Shown: positions 27,310-38,775 of the stretch, piece by piece | Layout of the letters: every line of letters starts with the position of its first letter | How positions within the stretch are numbered: the first letter of the stretch is position 1 | NCBI RefSeq assembly: GCF_036365525.1 | Contig: NC_090406.1 | Coordinates: 41,631,007 to 41,695,006, forward strand | Origin: Heterodontus francisci | Lineage: Eukaryota | Length of the DNA: 64,000 bases | Direction: 5' to 3' | The notes under the pieces: generated by a model | The model's database searches: none | What the model was told of the DNA's origin: nothing | The model's input: only the letters and a program-made list of their open reading frames with translations | Position numbers and translations under genes: made by a program

Positions 27310-27491
27310 CCAATCTGCACCTTCTCCTTTGTTATCTCTTGCCCCACCCCCACCTCACTTGCTTATAATCTGTGACTTTTCTAATATTTGTCAGTTCCGA
27401 AGAAGGGTCAGTGACCCGAAACGTTAACTCTGCTTCTCTTTCCACAGATGCTGCCAGACCTGCTGAGTGATTCCAGCATTTCTTGTTTTTG
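27310..27491 (+). mobile_element. Penelope-like element 3' fragment with hammerhead-like motif
   Basis: Homologous to the tail of 52846-53790; 14-bp TSD ttacagaataaact (27296-27309, 27492-27505). Confidence 0.7.
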
Positions 27492-27631
27492 TTACAGAAT
27501 AAACTATCTTGTTTTTAACATGGAAAACAATCGCTAACAGTACTGAGGTGTCACTACATCAATCTGAGTCTGTGACACTGAATGGGAGGGTTTCAGATCC
27601 TTGTCTGGATTGGTCAGTGTGAATCACTCTA

Positions 27632-27671
27632 ATTTGCATGGATTTCCTTCCTGATGTGAACGGCTCTATAA
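27632..27671 (+). promoter_or_regulatory. Ig light-chain V promoter: octamer plus TATA-like box
   Basis: ATTTGCAT at 27632-27639, TATAA at 27667-27671; the octamer lies about 105-110 nt upstream of the leader ATG. Confidence 0.85.
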
Positions 27672-27742
27672 CTGGGTTCAATGGGCAGCTGCTGCCACAG
27701 TCTGTTACAGAGTGATTCGGTGAAGGGAACTCTCTGGTAGAA

Positions 27743-27791
27743 ATGATGCGGATGTTGTGCTTTTTCTAGTCTTTGGCGCTGTGGCTGGACT
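27743..27791 (+). pseudogene. IgL leader exon, apparently defective
   Basis: MMRMLCFF*SLALWLD with in-frame TAG at 27767-27769; the expected phase-1 donor reads GAAAGT at 27792. Confidence 0.65.
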
Positions 27792-27895
27792 GAAAGTACA
27801 GACACTGAACTCTGTTCCTCCCGCAGCAGCAGATGGTGGTTCGGGATCACTTTTAAAGAGTCAATGTGTAATGTTTAATCCCTGCTCTCTTACAG

Positions 27896-28222
27896 ATGGA
27901 CAGTCGCAGACTCTGACTCAACCTCCAGACCTGACTGTGAAACCAGGAAACACGGCCACACTGGACTGCAACATTGGAACGAAAGATGGCTATGCTATTA
28001 GCTGGTACAAGCAGACACCAGGAGCAGCTCCTCAATGGGTCCTCTATTATCATCACTCTCACAATTCTCCTACTTATGGTCCTGGGTTTAGCAGCGACCG
28101 TTTCACATCGGCAGTCAACAGCGGCCACAACATTTACCAGTTAATCATAAAGAACGTGGAGGTGAATGATGGCGCCGTCTATTACTGTAACAAATGGTTT
28201 TCATCGAGCAGTGCTTATGTGT
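27896..28222 (+). CDS. Immunoglobulin light-chain V exon, sigma-like, germline configuration
   Basis: Acceptor ctctcttacAG; GQS-QTLTQPPDLTVKPGNTATLDC...WYKQTPG...YYHHSHNSPTYGPGFSSDRFTS...DGAVYYC; long CDR2 with the HHS..P.YG.GFSS.RFTS pattern typical of sigma. Confidence 0.92.
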
Positions 28223-28250
28223 CACAGTGACAGAAGGTAAAACAAAAACT
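28223..28250 (+). other. V recombination signal sequence, 12-bp spacer
   Basis: CACAGTG-acagaaggtaaa-ACAAAAACT. Confidence 0.95.
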
Positions 28251-28556
28251 GGGAGAAGCAAATATTATACAATTAACATCTTTTGTATCCGATAAAATAT
28301 TCTCATGTTTTACATTTCGTAAAATCACTTCAATTTTGTCCTTTCTACACTATTTTACAATTTCAATCATTTCATAATTGATAACATTCTGAATCTCATT
28401 GGGTGTTGCTGATGTTTTTAATGTTAGTCTGTGGATGATACTGTGAGTTCATTCCTTGCTGTCCCACACCAGCTGGGACACTCGGAATACATGAAGTCTG
28501 ATTAATGCTGGAACTGGAGCATCTGAAGGTGTTTTCTGTCTGATTCCAGAGTCCTG

Positions 28557-28595
28557 GATAAGTGTATGGACTGAACCCTAGAACATCACACTGTG
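28557..28595 (-). other. J recombination signal sequence, 23-bp spacer, degenerate nonamer
   Basis: GATAAGTGT-23 nt-CACTGTG on the top strand. Confidence 0.75.
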
Positions 28596-28630
28596 TGTGT
28601 TCGGCCAAGGGACCAAGCTCTTTGTTGCAG
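28596..28630 (+). CDS. Immunoglobulin light-chain J segment
   Basis: VFGQGTKLFVA, followed by phase-1 donor GTAAGT at 28631. Confidence 0.93.
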
Positions 28631-29199
28631 GTAAGTGTCTGGGAATTCTCTCCTGCAGAAACTAGCTGTGTGAAATTAGACATTTAGAAATCCTTTTTTA
28701 ACATTTTAATTTAATTACTCCCGAGCACCTGCTTATTACACACAAATTTTAGTGAAAATGCTGATTCCAGTATTGCCCTGTTTAGTATCCAACGCAAGCT
28801 TTTAATTAGAGCTGTGTTTCTCTTTATTAACAGTGCTCTGAAATTTTACAATTGATTGAATTGTAATCATTTTATTCCAAAATTCTCTATGAACGTTTTT
28901 CGCTTTAAAAAAAAGATAGCCGTCAGTACAGCCAGATCTGAATTGGTGGCGGGTGGGTGCTTGTGGGCGGATTATAATTCACTTATACAGGCTTAAAATT
29001 GGACACTGTGACGGGTGCAGGTTTTTTGCAAAACTGGAATGAAGGGCAATGCTGAGATAGGGTTATAGTGTGGTATTTCTCCCCCCCCCCCCCCCCAACC
29101 CAACCCCAACCATGGCTGAGCTGCTTTGTTTAGCAATGGTGGGAATATCTTTCACCATTAGGTGCACAGCAATGAATTAAACAAATTTAAAAAGAGAAA

Positions 29200-29540
29200 G
29201 AAATTGCTTTTATGCAACACTATCATGTGTTAGTGTTTCAGTTTGCACTTCAAAAGTCATCTGTTCAATCATTACTCTGCAGGAAAACACAACATCCAAT
29301 TAACAAACAGCAATGAGATTGATGACCAGTTAATATTTTTGACCCAGGAATGTTGGACACAACACTGGAATAACCAACCATGTCAGGGTATCTCTGAGAT
29401 TCACCTGAACAAGGAGACAGGCCTCAGTTTAATGTATTTTCAGGAATCTAGGGCCACTAATAATACAGCACAGTACTCCCTCAGCATTGCATTGAAGTGT
29501 TGGTCTAGACATTGCTCCAGGTTCCATGTATTTCTACCTC
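29200..29540 (-). mobile_element. Old Deu-domain (SacSINE/AmnSINE-like) SINE remnant in the J-C intron
   Basis: cagtactccctcagcattgcattgaagtgttggtctaga and caatgagattgatgaccag resemble antisense DeuSINE sequence, from recall. Confidence 0.5.
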
Positions 29541-30419
29541 CCAGGTAGATAACTTGGGATTGGTAGTTCTGGATCTGTCTAATACCATGATGTCACCATA
29601 TAATATTCCAGCATTTCTCCTACATTCTGATGTGCATTGTATCAGATCTGGGGTAAATTTTAGTAATGTAATTGCTGCAATGGATTAAGAATTAGTGACT
29701 ATATAAAAGGCCTGGCTCCAGACATCTTAAAGGGTTTTTGAGGCATTTTCAGTTAATTCTCAAATATGTCCATTACAAACCAGCTGCTAAAAGCCAGTGT
29801 GGGTCCAGGTCTTGGCTCAGCCATTGATGTACACACTAACTCAAAGTGAGTAAACTACCTAACCGTTTCAAAAAAGTTCACACATGTCCTGTGCAAACAA
29901 GCAGTCACACAGGTTTTGTAATTTTAAGCTTTACTAACCCCAACACTCTGCCAACTGAGAGAAGAGAGAAATCCAAATGTTTAAAGGAGAAAAATAGTGC
30001 CTTTCTAGTTGAGTCCTGACAAAAAATGTTGAATTTTTTACACAAATGTTGCATTCCAGTTAATTTTCTGTGTTTTACGTTTTTCAGTTGTTGGACATTT
30101 TAATGTTTGTTGTTTGAAATAGGGGAAAACAAAATGACATTTGGACTTTCCTGACGGTCACTCTCCATGACTAATCTTCCCTCCTTGCCCAAGTTGAGGC
30201 CTCAAACTCCTTAAGAGCTAGTTCAGCACTATACCCCATCTCACTTCTCACCATTCTTAGTCACCCTCCCCTTCTCAAATCATCATCCCAGTTAACACTA
30301 AAATTTACCTTCGGAACTCACATCGAGAATAAGCACTGCTCTCAGATTCCATTCTCTTCCCTTTACCCTGCGCTGCTATCCATTGCCCTCCGAATTGAAC
30401 TTTAGAGTCCTGCTGCTCA

Positions 30420-31660
30420 AACAGAAACTTTATGGCTAAGAAGGAGGCCAGTTGCCCCATTGTGTTTGTGCTGGCCAAAAAAGAGCTTCCACACCGAATC
30501 CCACTTTCCTGCTCTTGGTCCATAGCCCTGTATGTTATGGCTCTTCAAGTACATTTCCAAGTTTTTTTTTTAATGCAATGAGGGTTTCTGCCTCTGCCAC
30601 CCTTTTCAGACTCCCACCACCCACTGGGTAATAAAGTTTCCCTTCAACTCTCCTCTAATTCTTCTACCAATTATTTAAATCTATGCCCCTGGTTATTGAT
30701 CACTCTGTTAAAGAAATGAGGTCCTTTCTAGCCACTCCATCTAGGCTCCTCATAATTTTGCAAACTTCAGTTAATTCTCCTCTCCGCCTCAACTGTTCCA
30801 AAGTCTACAACCCTAGCCTATCCAATCTATCATCATAGCTAAAATTCTCCATTCCTGGCAACATGCTGGGAAATCTCCTCTGTACCCTCTCTTGTGTGAT
30901 CACAAGCTTCCTCTAAGGCAGTGACCAGAACTGTACAACAGTCTTTTAGCTGTTGCCAAACTAATGTTTTGTACAGTTTTCTCAAACTCTCTGCTCTTGG
31001 CCTCTGTGCCACGGCTAATAAAGAATATCCTGTATACCATCTTAACCACCTACCCAGGGATCTGTGGACATGCACTATGTTCCCTTACACCTCTCAGTAT
31101 CTGACCATCTATTGTGTATTTCCCTGCCCTGTTTGCCCTCCTGAAATGCATGGCCTCACACTTATATAGATAGAATTCTGTTTGCCACTTTTCTGCCCAT
31201 CTGATTGGCCCATTGATCTCTTCTTGCAGTCTACAGCTTTCTTCTTCACTAGCAACCAAATGGCCAATTTTTATATCATTTGCAAACATCTTAATCATAC
31301 ACTCTACATGTAATTCTAAATCACTAATATATACAAATAACAAAGGGACCCAATACTGAATTCTGTGGAACCCCACTGGAAACAGCCTTCCAGTCATAAA
31401 AACACTCGTCAATCAGAACCATTTTGCTTCCAGCCACTGAGCTAGTTTTAGATCCAACTTGCCACTTGCTCTTGGACCCCATGAGTTTGAATTTTCTGAC
31501 CAGTTTGCCATGTGATACCTTGTCAAAATCCTTGCTAAAATCCATACACTATATCAAACATGTTACCCTCAACAACCCTTCTTGTTATCTCCTCAAAGAT
31601 TTCAATCAAGTTAGTCAGACACTATCTTCGCCTAACAAATCCATGCTGACTGTCCTTGAC
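30420..31660 (-). mobile_element. Decayed CR1 3' half in the J-C intron
   Basis: DFSKDFDKVSH, GVPQNSVLGP, FAND.KIG motifs. Confidence 0.85.
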
Positions 31661-31879
31661 CAGAAGAGTCTTGTAACAATAGGGTTATCAAAATTGTAGT
31701 TCTTCTGTTTTTGACAAAGCCTGAGCAATCCTAAAGGGCAATGCCCTGTCACTCAATGAACATCTGGGGCTCACTAGAGGAAGCTATAACCTTTCACACC
31801 AGCTTCTATTAAACTCTGAAATGAAGCTAAACTTTTCTCTACCTTTATACAAACATGCCATCTCTGATTCTGATTGCAG

Positions 31880-32205
31880 CTCAGCAACTTCCTGACCCTT
31901 CAGTAAAACTGCTTGGGCCTTCAGCCGAGGAGGTGTCCACTAAAGGAGCCGGCACCTTGGTTTGCCTGGTCAACAAACTGTCCATGGGCTTTGCTGCGGT
32001 CAGCTGGGCAGTGGATGGGAGTCCGACGAGTGGTGAGGTGCAAACCAGTGCGGTGTCGCGGAACACGGACAACACCTTCAGTCTCAGCAGCTACCTGAAA
32101 GTCCCCGGCACAGACTGGAGCAGTGGGAAGGTGTATTCCTGTACAGTTCAACAACAAGGAACAGCTTCAAAAACAACAGCAACTGTCACACAATCCAACT
32201 GTTAA
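31880..32205 (+). CDS. Immunoglobulin light-chain constant exon C1
   Basis: Acceptor gattgcAG, in phase with J; AQQLPDPSVKLLGPSAEEV...TLVCLV...W...FSLSSYL....W....YSC.V...C-stop. Confidence 0.95.
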
Positions 32206-32565
32206 ATAGATGGAAGTTTCACTCGTATGCTGTCTGGTTCACGAGAATGTCATGCTTCCACCCTGACCCAACCACCCCTGTCCACCCTCTACCCTTGGTA
32301 TCTGCTGCATTTTGTGCTTCTGTTTAGCTTTGTGTAATTCTGCTGTATCATGTGTTTGTATCTGTGGCAGATTTTGCTCAGAATCTTCTATTAAGAGGCC
32401 ACGAGGGTTAAAGTGACCAGTTAGTTGGCTCCAATCACGACTTTCAGTTCAATTGGATGGTTTGTTCAGCAGCAGTGCTGGATTTAATGAAAATGATTAA
32501 TGAAGATAGTTTATGACCTGTCAGCAGCATCAGACTGACAATGACTGTCCCTGAGAGTAACTTTC

Positions 32566-32611
32566 AATAAAGAGAATCTGTGCAGGAAATATTTGTGTGT
32601 GTGTGTGTGTG
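32566..32611 (+). terminator. Polyadenylation signal for C1
   Basis: AATAAA at 32566-32571 followed by a GT-rich tract. Confidence 0.75.
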
Positions 32612-33463
32612 TTCTGTCACCTTGTGTGGTCCGTCCCATCTTGAACACCACAAAATGGTCTAGATGTAAGAAGACCAAGGCTTGGCCTCAATTCTGGTCC
32701 TGTTTCCATGCATTGAAGAATGTTGTGGGAAGTTAGAGGAAAAGGCATAGATCCTTGGGTGTGAAAATTGGGCCATATCTCTGGAGGGATGCAATTGTGA
32801 AAACAGCTTTAAAATAAGATTAAAACAGGTAACTAGATTAATCAGATTAAGAGCAGTAGTGATAATGTTCCAGAGGCCACAGTATAGGATGAATTAGTAC
32901 TTGCTTAGAGATGAGCTCATTAATGAGAGCCAGCATGGTATTATTAAAAAGTCCAGTCCTGTCTGGCAAATTTTAATGAGAAGGGAGTCCACTGATGAAG
33001 GAAATGCAGAAATATTTTGTATCGCGAGTTTCAATTAGGGGTTGCTCAGCTGCAACATAAGAGGCTTGTTCATAAAATTAGTTGGAGTATGATAATTTGA
33101 AAGGATTGAAGAATTATGGTTTATGGGTGTTCAATTGGCTGGAGGGAGAGAGACAGTAGTGTTCCCATAAGCATCAGTGTTGGCACCATCACTTTCTTCA
33201 ATAGATTAATGATCTGGTCATGGGCATAGACATATAATCTCAACCTTAAATCAACAGAGTGTAGTTAACTGTGAAGAAACCTGTACAACTTCAGAAGGAT
33301 ATGGACTGGTTAGTAGATCAGGCTGCTAGATGAAACTTAGAGAAATGTGAGAGGTTACATTTTGGGAGGAAAATGTGGCAGTACTTTACACTGAATAGTA
33401 AACTGTTTAAAATGAGGAGATATTTAAAGGTCTAAATGCACAGATCTATGCACTGTCCCCTTA

Positions 33464-35192
33464 AGGATCAGTGTGGTAATCTGTGTGGAGCTACGGGAAA
33501 TGGGCGAGGTCTTAAATGAATACTTCTCATCTGTCTTTACCATGGAGAAGGTTATGGAAGCTAATGAGTTCAAGGGAGGATCCTGGAGCATATCAACATT
33601 ACAAAGGAGGAGGTGTTGGAGGTTTTGAAGTGCATTAAGGTGGATGAATCCCCAGGGCCTGACCAGGTGTATCCTAGGATGCTATGGGAAGCAAGGGAGG
33701 AGATTGCTGGGGCCCTGGCAGAGATTAGCCATGGGTGAGGTACCGGAAGACTGGAGGATAGCTAATGTTGTGCCTTTATTTAAGAAGGGCAGCAGGGATA
33801 AGCCAGGAAACTACAGGCCTGTGAGCCTTACATCAGTGGTGAGAAAGTTATTGGAAGGGATTCTGAGAGACAGGATTTATATGCATTTGGAAATACAAGG
33901 TCTTATTAGGGATAGTCAGCATAGCTTTGTGCGTGGGAAATCATGTCTCATGAATTTGAGTTTTTTGAGGAGGTGACCAAGAGGATTGACGAGGGCAGGG
34001 CGATGGACGTTGTCTACATGGACTTTAGCAAGGCCTTTGACAAGGTCCCGCATGGTAGGCTGGTGCAGAAGGTTCGAACACATGGGATCCAGGGTGAGCT
34101 AGCCAATTGGACACAAAATTGGCTTGGTGATAGGTGGCAGAGGGTGGTAGTGGAGGGTTGTTTTTCAGATTGGAGGCCGGTGACCAGTGGTGTGCTGCGG
34201 GGATTGGTGCTGGGCCCTCTGTTGTTTGTCATATATATTAATGACTTGAATGTGAATGTAGGGGGCATGATTAGTAAGTTTGCAGATGACACCAAAATTG
34301 GTGGTATAGTGGATAGTGCAGAAGGTTATCTAAGGTTACAACAGGATATAGATCAACTGGGAAAGTGGGCAAGGGATTGGCAAATGGAATTTAACGCAGA
34401 CAAGTGCGAAGTGATGCATTTTGGGAAGTTAAAGCTGGGCAGGACATATACAGTGAATGGCAGGGCCCTGGGGAGTGTTGTTGAGCAGAGAGACCTTGGG
34501 GTGCAAGCACATAGTTCCCTGAAAGTGGCAACACAGGTAGACAGGGTGGTGAAGAAGGCGTATGGCATGCTTGCTTTCATCGGCTGAGGCATTGAGTACA
34601 AGCATTAGAACGTCATGTTCCAGTTGTACATAACGTTGGTGAGGATGCATTTGGAGTACTGTGTGCAGTTCTGGTCACCGCACTACAGGAAAGATGTGTT
34701 TAAGCTAGAGAGGGTGCAGAAAAGATTCACAAGGATGTTGCCTGGTTTGGAGGGCTTGAGTTATAAAGAGAGATTGGATAGGCTGGGTCTGTTTTCCCTG
34801 GAGCGAAGGAGGCTGAGAGGGGACATGATAGAGGTATATAAAATTATGAGAGGCAAAGACAGGGTAGCTAGCCAGAGTCTGTTTCCCATGGTAGGGGTGA
34901 CTAAAACTAGAGGGCATAGATTTAAGGTAAGAGGGAGAAGATTTAAAGGGGATCAAAGGGATAAATTTTTCACACAAAGGATAGTGGTTATCTGGAATTA
35001 GCTGCTAAAGGTGGTGGAGGCAGGAACAGTAGCAACATTTAAGAAGCATCTGGACAGGCGCTTGAATGAGCAAGGCATAGAGGGATACGGAATTAATGCA
35101 GGCAGGTGGGATTAGCATAGATAGGCATTATGGTTGGCATGGACGCAGTGGGCCGAAGGGCCTGTTTCTATGCTGTACGACTCTATGGCTCT
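33464..35192 (+). mobile_element. 5'-truncated CR1 LINE inside older CR1 debris
   Basis: ORFs 33644..35001 carry RT motifs; gactctatggctct tail. Confidence 0.9.
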
Positions 35193-35899
35193 AAAAGAGG
35201 AAGAAGTTGACTAAAGGTGTGCTTAAAAAAACCACATTGGAACCTAGGTTTTGTATAGAAGGGAATTGCATTCAACAGCAAAGAGGTAATGCTCGACCTA
35301 TACAAATGATTGGTTTAGCCATAGTCAGATTATTGCCCTGTACGGGACATCCTACATTAGGAAGAATGTCAATGGAGGAGAGTGCAGAAGAGATTCTTTA
35401 AGATGATATCAAGGATGAGAGGCTTTAGTTATAAGGAAGGACTGGGATAAATGAGGGCCTTTACATTAGAAGAAGGTTATGAAATCTAATACAGGTGTTG
35501 AAATTTGAGAACTTTTAAGGTGAATTCAGTCAAAATTAGTTCCAGTGGCTTATGAGTCAGTAACTAGAGAGAATAAATTTAAAATCATTGAAGGAGTAAA
35601 GGAGAGGATAGGTGAATTTTTATTGAACGGATGGTAGGACCTTACCGCAAACAGTGGTGGAAAGGGAATGCAAACCGTTTCTAAAGGGCAGGTGAATTAA
35701 TATTTGCCAAATAATATGGTTAGGATTCACCATGGTAACCTGGAATGCATCAGCTGAATGGACTCAGCATGAGCAGATATTGCAAGACCTTTTTGCCAGA
35801 AAACCCTCTCAAGTCATAGGTACTAGTTTTGAGAACCTCCTACCATTCGCCTGACATAATTCACCCACTGGTAGGATTGCCATTGCAGATGCTGTAAAT

Positions 35900-37260
35900 T
35901 TTAGGTTTGCTCATGATATTCCATTGGATTTAGTGTCATTGGTCAATCTATAAGAAGAGCTCTCTTTGTTAGCTATCAGGAGAGTATCTTTACTGTCCAA
36001 AGTCTAGTTAAACAATAGCGTGAGCTAGGGATTGTAACAATAATATGCATTTTGTGTGCATGACACTTTAATCTTTCATGTACTGCCATTTCTGTTATCC
36101 TATTATTTGAAAGGCAGACTGAAGAGAAAAAGGAGTGAGATGAGACCAATTGCAAACCAAATTGAATTATTCTAAATGAAGTATATGTATTGAACACAAT
36201 GTTGTTTTCACAGCATGTTTCTATCAATTTGCTTGACATGCATAAGGGGAGATTTCCAGGGTCTGCAACAGGACACAATGGAATGCTGGGATATTGGAAA
36301 GTTGGACAGGTCAAAGGTCAGACCTGTAAAGTAACTCCCTTCTTCCCCTGTGCTGCACCCCTTCCCCGTTCCTCTAACCCAACCGAACATCTAATATTTG
36401 CAGTCTCCAGTTGACAACAGTTTCAAACTGACCATTGCAAATACAAACTTCCCTAGACTCCAGTCTAGAGAGGCAAAGGCTGACCTTAGATCCATTTGTG
36501 TGAAGCACTGGATCATCAAATGCCAAAAAGCAACTGTTACCTTGAACGAGAAACCTCTTTCCATGGGGGTGGAAGATATGGTAAATATGTCCTTTCCACT
36601 CTGGGCATATTGACTGGAAACCACTTGAGAATTAAAGGTATGAAAAGCTCTTGGATATGTATCGTGAAAGCTTTCAAAATAGTTTGACCGGTTCTTGGCT
36701 GGGCAGGGATTATATCATAAAAGAGGCAGGTTCAATGTACTATTCGTCATGGTCATTGTGGTCTGCCGAGCTAGCTTTGATTGTCTTGGGAGTTTAGAGA
36801 GCAATTTATTAGATTTTTTTCCGAACCTGTCTTTTTTTAAAATTAATTTGGTTTTGTGCCTCTTCCAGGATATTCCAAGTTTATATGTATGATTTCCCAA
36901 AGCTCATCTGGTATTGAAAAACACACTATTTCTGATCACAGCTTCATCTGACATCCAAGTTAATTGCCTTGATCGACATCCTGGATAGTTTATGTTTCTC
37001 GGGTAGTTAAGTAGAACTGAATTTAACTTCATTGCAACACCACCAAATAATAAAAAAGCTTCCAAGCCAAGTAGATAAAACTCTCTATCTGTGGACGTCT
37101 CAGTCTCTTTCCAGAATGACAAACTGTGCACCTTCTCAGTGCAACTAATCAACCATTGTAGTTCTGATTGGAGTCTGAATAATTATATAAACAGAAGTGT
37201 TTTGTCCTTTGAAGCCAGCTCCTGCAAACCCTGCACTTGGGTTACCTGTTAAATCTGGGC
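35900..37260 (-). pseudogene. Candidate endogenous viral element: Mononegavirales (pneumovirus-like) L polymerase fragment
   Basis: ORFs 36904..37152, 36715..36900, 36391..36624 and 36208..36390 share one frame, then a shift to 35976..36314; ordered motifs QEL...LL..LFR, LFGG, ALG, NKLLSK, TYP, WSL...DCKY, GEEG, SIP, IVF, FGLQL, VC..NRI match RSV L as recalled. Confidence 0.75.
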
Positions 37261-37369
37261 CACTGTACAATGCACAACATCCATCTGGTCCCTGGGAGAC
37301 CTGGTTTGCTTATGGAAACCTCCTTTTAGTTCTGACCAGAAGACATCATTCTTGGGGGGAAAAGCTCGA

Positions 37370-37534
37370 ACTAAAACAAGATGCAGCATGGGAAGGGAAT
37401 GGCAAGAGTTGTGAGGCACCTCATGTTCTGTATTGATGAACCTGATCTCTATTGCACTTTCTGAAATATCCAATTTGAATTGTTTTGTAATTTTTTTTTT
37501 ACAAATTTTACGATACAGTATTTTTTGGGGAAAA
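37370..37534 (+). mobile_element. Tx1/L1-clade 3' UTR fragment
   Basis: Homologous to 26545-26836 (tgtgaggca.ctca...ttgcacttt...tttttggggaaaa). Confidence 0.7.
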
Positions 37535-38775
37535 GAGTTTTGGAATTAGGGGACGGATAGCCAAATGTATTAAATCTGGTTATAATAGAGGAAACAGAAT
37601 GTAGGGGTTAAGGGCAGTTTCTCAAAGTAGTTGGACATAGCTAGTGGTGTCTCCCAGTATTCTGTTCTGGGATCATTTCCGAAATAAAGATAGAAATAAT
37701 CCCAAAATATAACGGCCGAGATCTTGCGTTAAGAATAAGCTAAGGCTAACAGCCCTCGCCATTATTATGGAGTAAATCGACAGCTACCACTAGAGTCCAC
37801 ATATGTGCAGATAAATGTGGATATCAGCGAGTTGCTGTCCAATTTGATGTACTCCTCCAGAGACTTCACTCCACTGATAGGTCGCCGGTAGACTGGCATT
37901 GAAATCGTCAATGCGTGAAGTTGTGCTACACACACCTGAAAAAGTTAGGGATCATTCATTCAGATGTGAGGGAAATTTAACAATGTGATGAGCTTTAATT
38001 ACTGTCAAACCACCTCTCTGGCACTTAAAATTAAATTTTACAAGTGTGGAGTCCCGTTTTTTTCTTTCATTCTTTTTCTTAAAAAGTTAAAATTTAAATA
38101 ATTATTAATAATTTATTTATGCCCATTTGATCTCTCTCTCAATCCAGTTTTTCTTTCCCTCACTTTATTTTGCTTTCTGTACATACTTTTAGAATGAATT
38201 AAATATTCTAATTGATACTTCCTGCTTTAGACTCTGCATGGCTCCGTGAGGATTCTTCAATCTGATTGGTCTGTTGATTGACCTGCTCACATATGCCAGA
38301 TATCAGCTGTAGAGGGCACTGTGCTGGATCAGAGGCCCGATGACGGCAAGTTGCTGCTCAAATGCCTGTGAGAGGTCTGTGGGCAGCTGTAGTGAGAAGT
38401 GAGAGCCGTTCCTTCACTGCTGTCTGCAGAATCCGGAACAATAAACACATTATTTCATCTTCATGACATCCTGAAACACTTTAGGACAAATAGATTACTT
38501 TTGAAGTGCAATTACTGTTTAGTTTGTTATTTTGTCATCGTTATTAGTTCTAGTCTGGAAATAGTATTGGAGATATCCCAGGAAGATGGCACTGAAAGCA
38601 GAGCAGGTGAAAAACAGCAAGATTTATGGTTCAGCATTTAATTTCTGAGATTTATTTGTTTCTCTGACATCCAGTACTGGAGGAGCAGCAGCTTCCTACA
38701 GTTAAATATTGGGAAGATGAGAGCCATTGCCTTAAGTCCCCGCTGCAAACTCTGATCTCTAACCACTAATTCCGT

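Noticed and set aside
27757-28230. 157-aa ORF taken as a single-exon gene
   Set aside because: It starts at GTG and runs through the leader intron and into the RSS; the supported exon is 27896-28222.
29080-29111. Poly-C/CCCAA tract in the J-C intron as a switch-like G-quadruplex
   Set aside because: Short low-complexity tract within a repeat remnant; light chains have no switch regions.
31855-31879. MPSLILIA as a signal peptide for a C-only protein
   Set aside because: It is the polypyrimidine/acceptor region, too short for a signal peptide, and not conserved at C2.
36391-36624. DLRSAF...FGW read as a retroviral RT motif
   Set aside because: No YxDD follows, and the wider ordered motifs fit Mononegavirales L much better.
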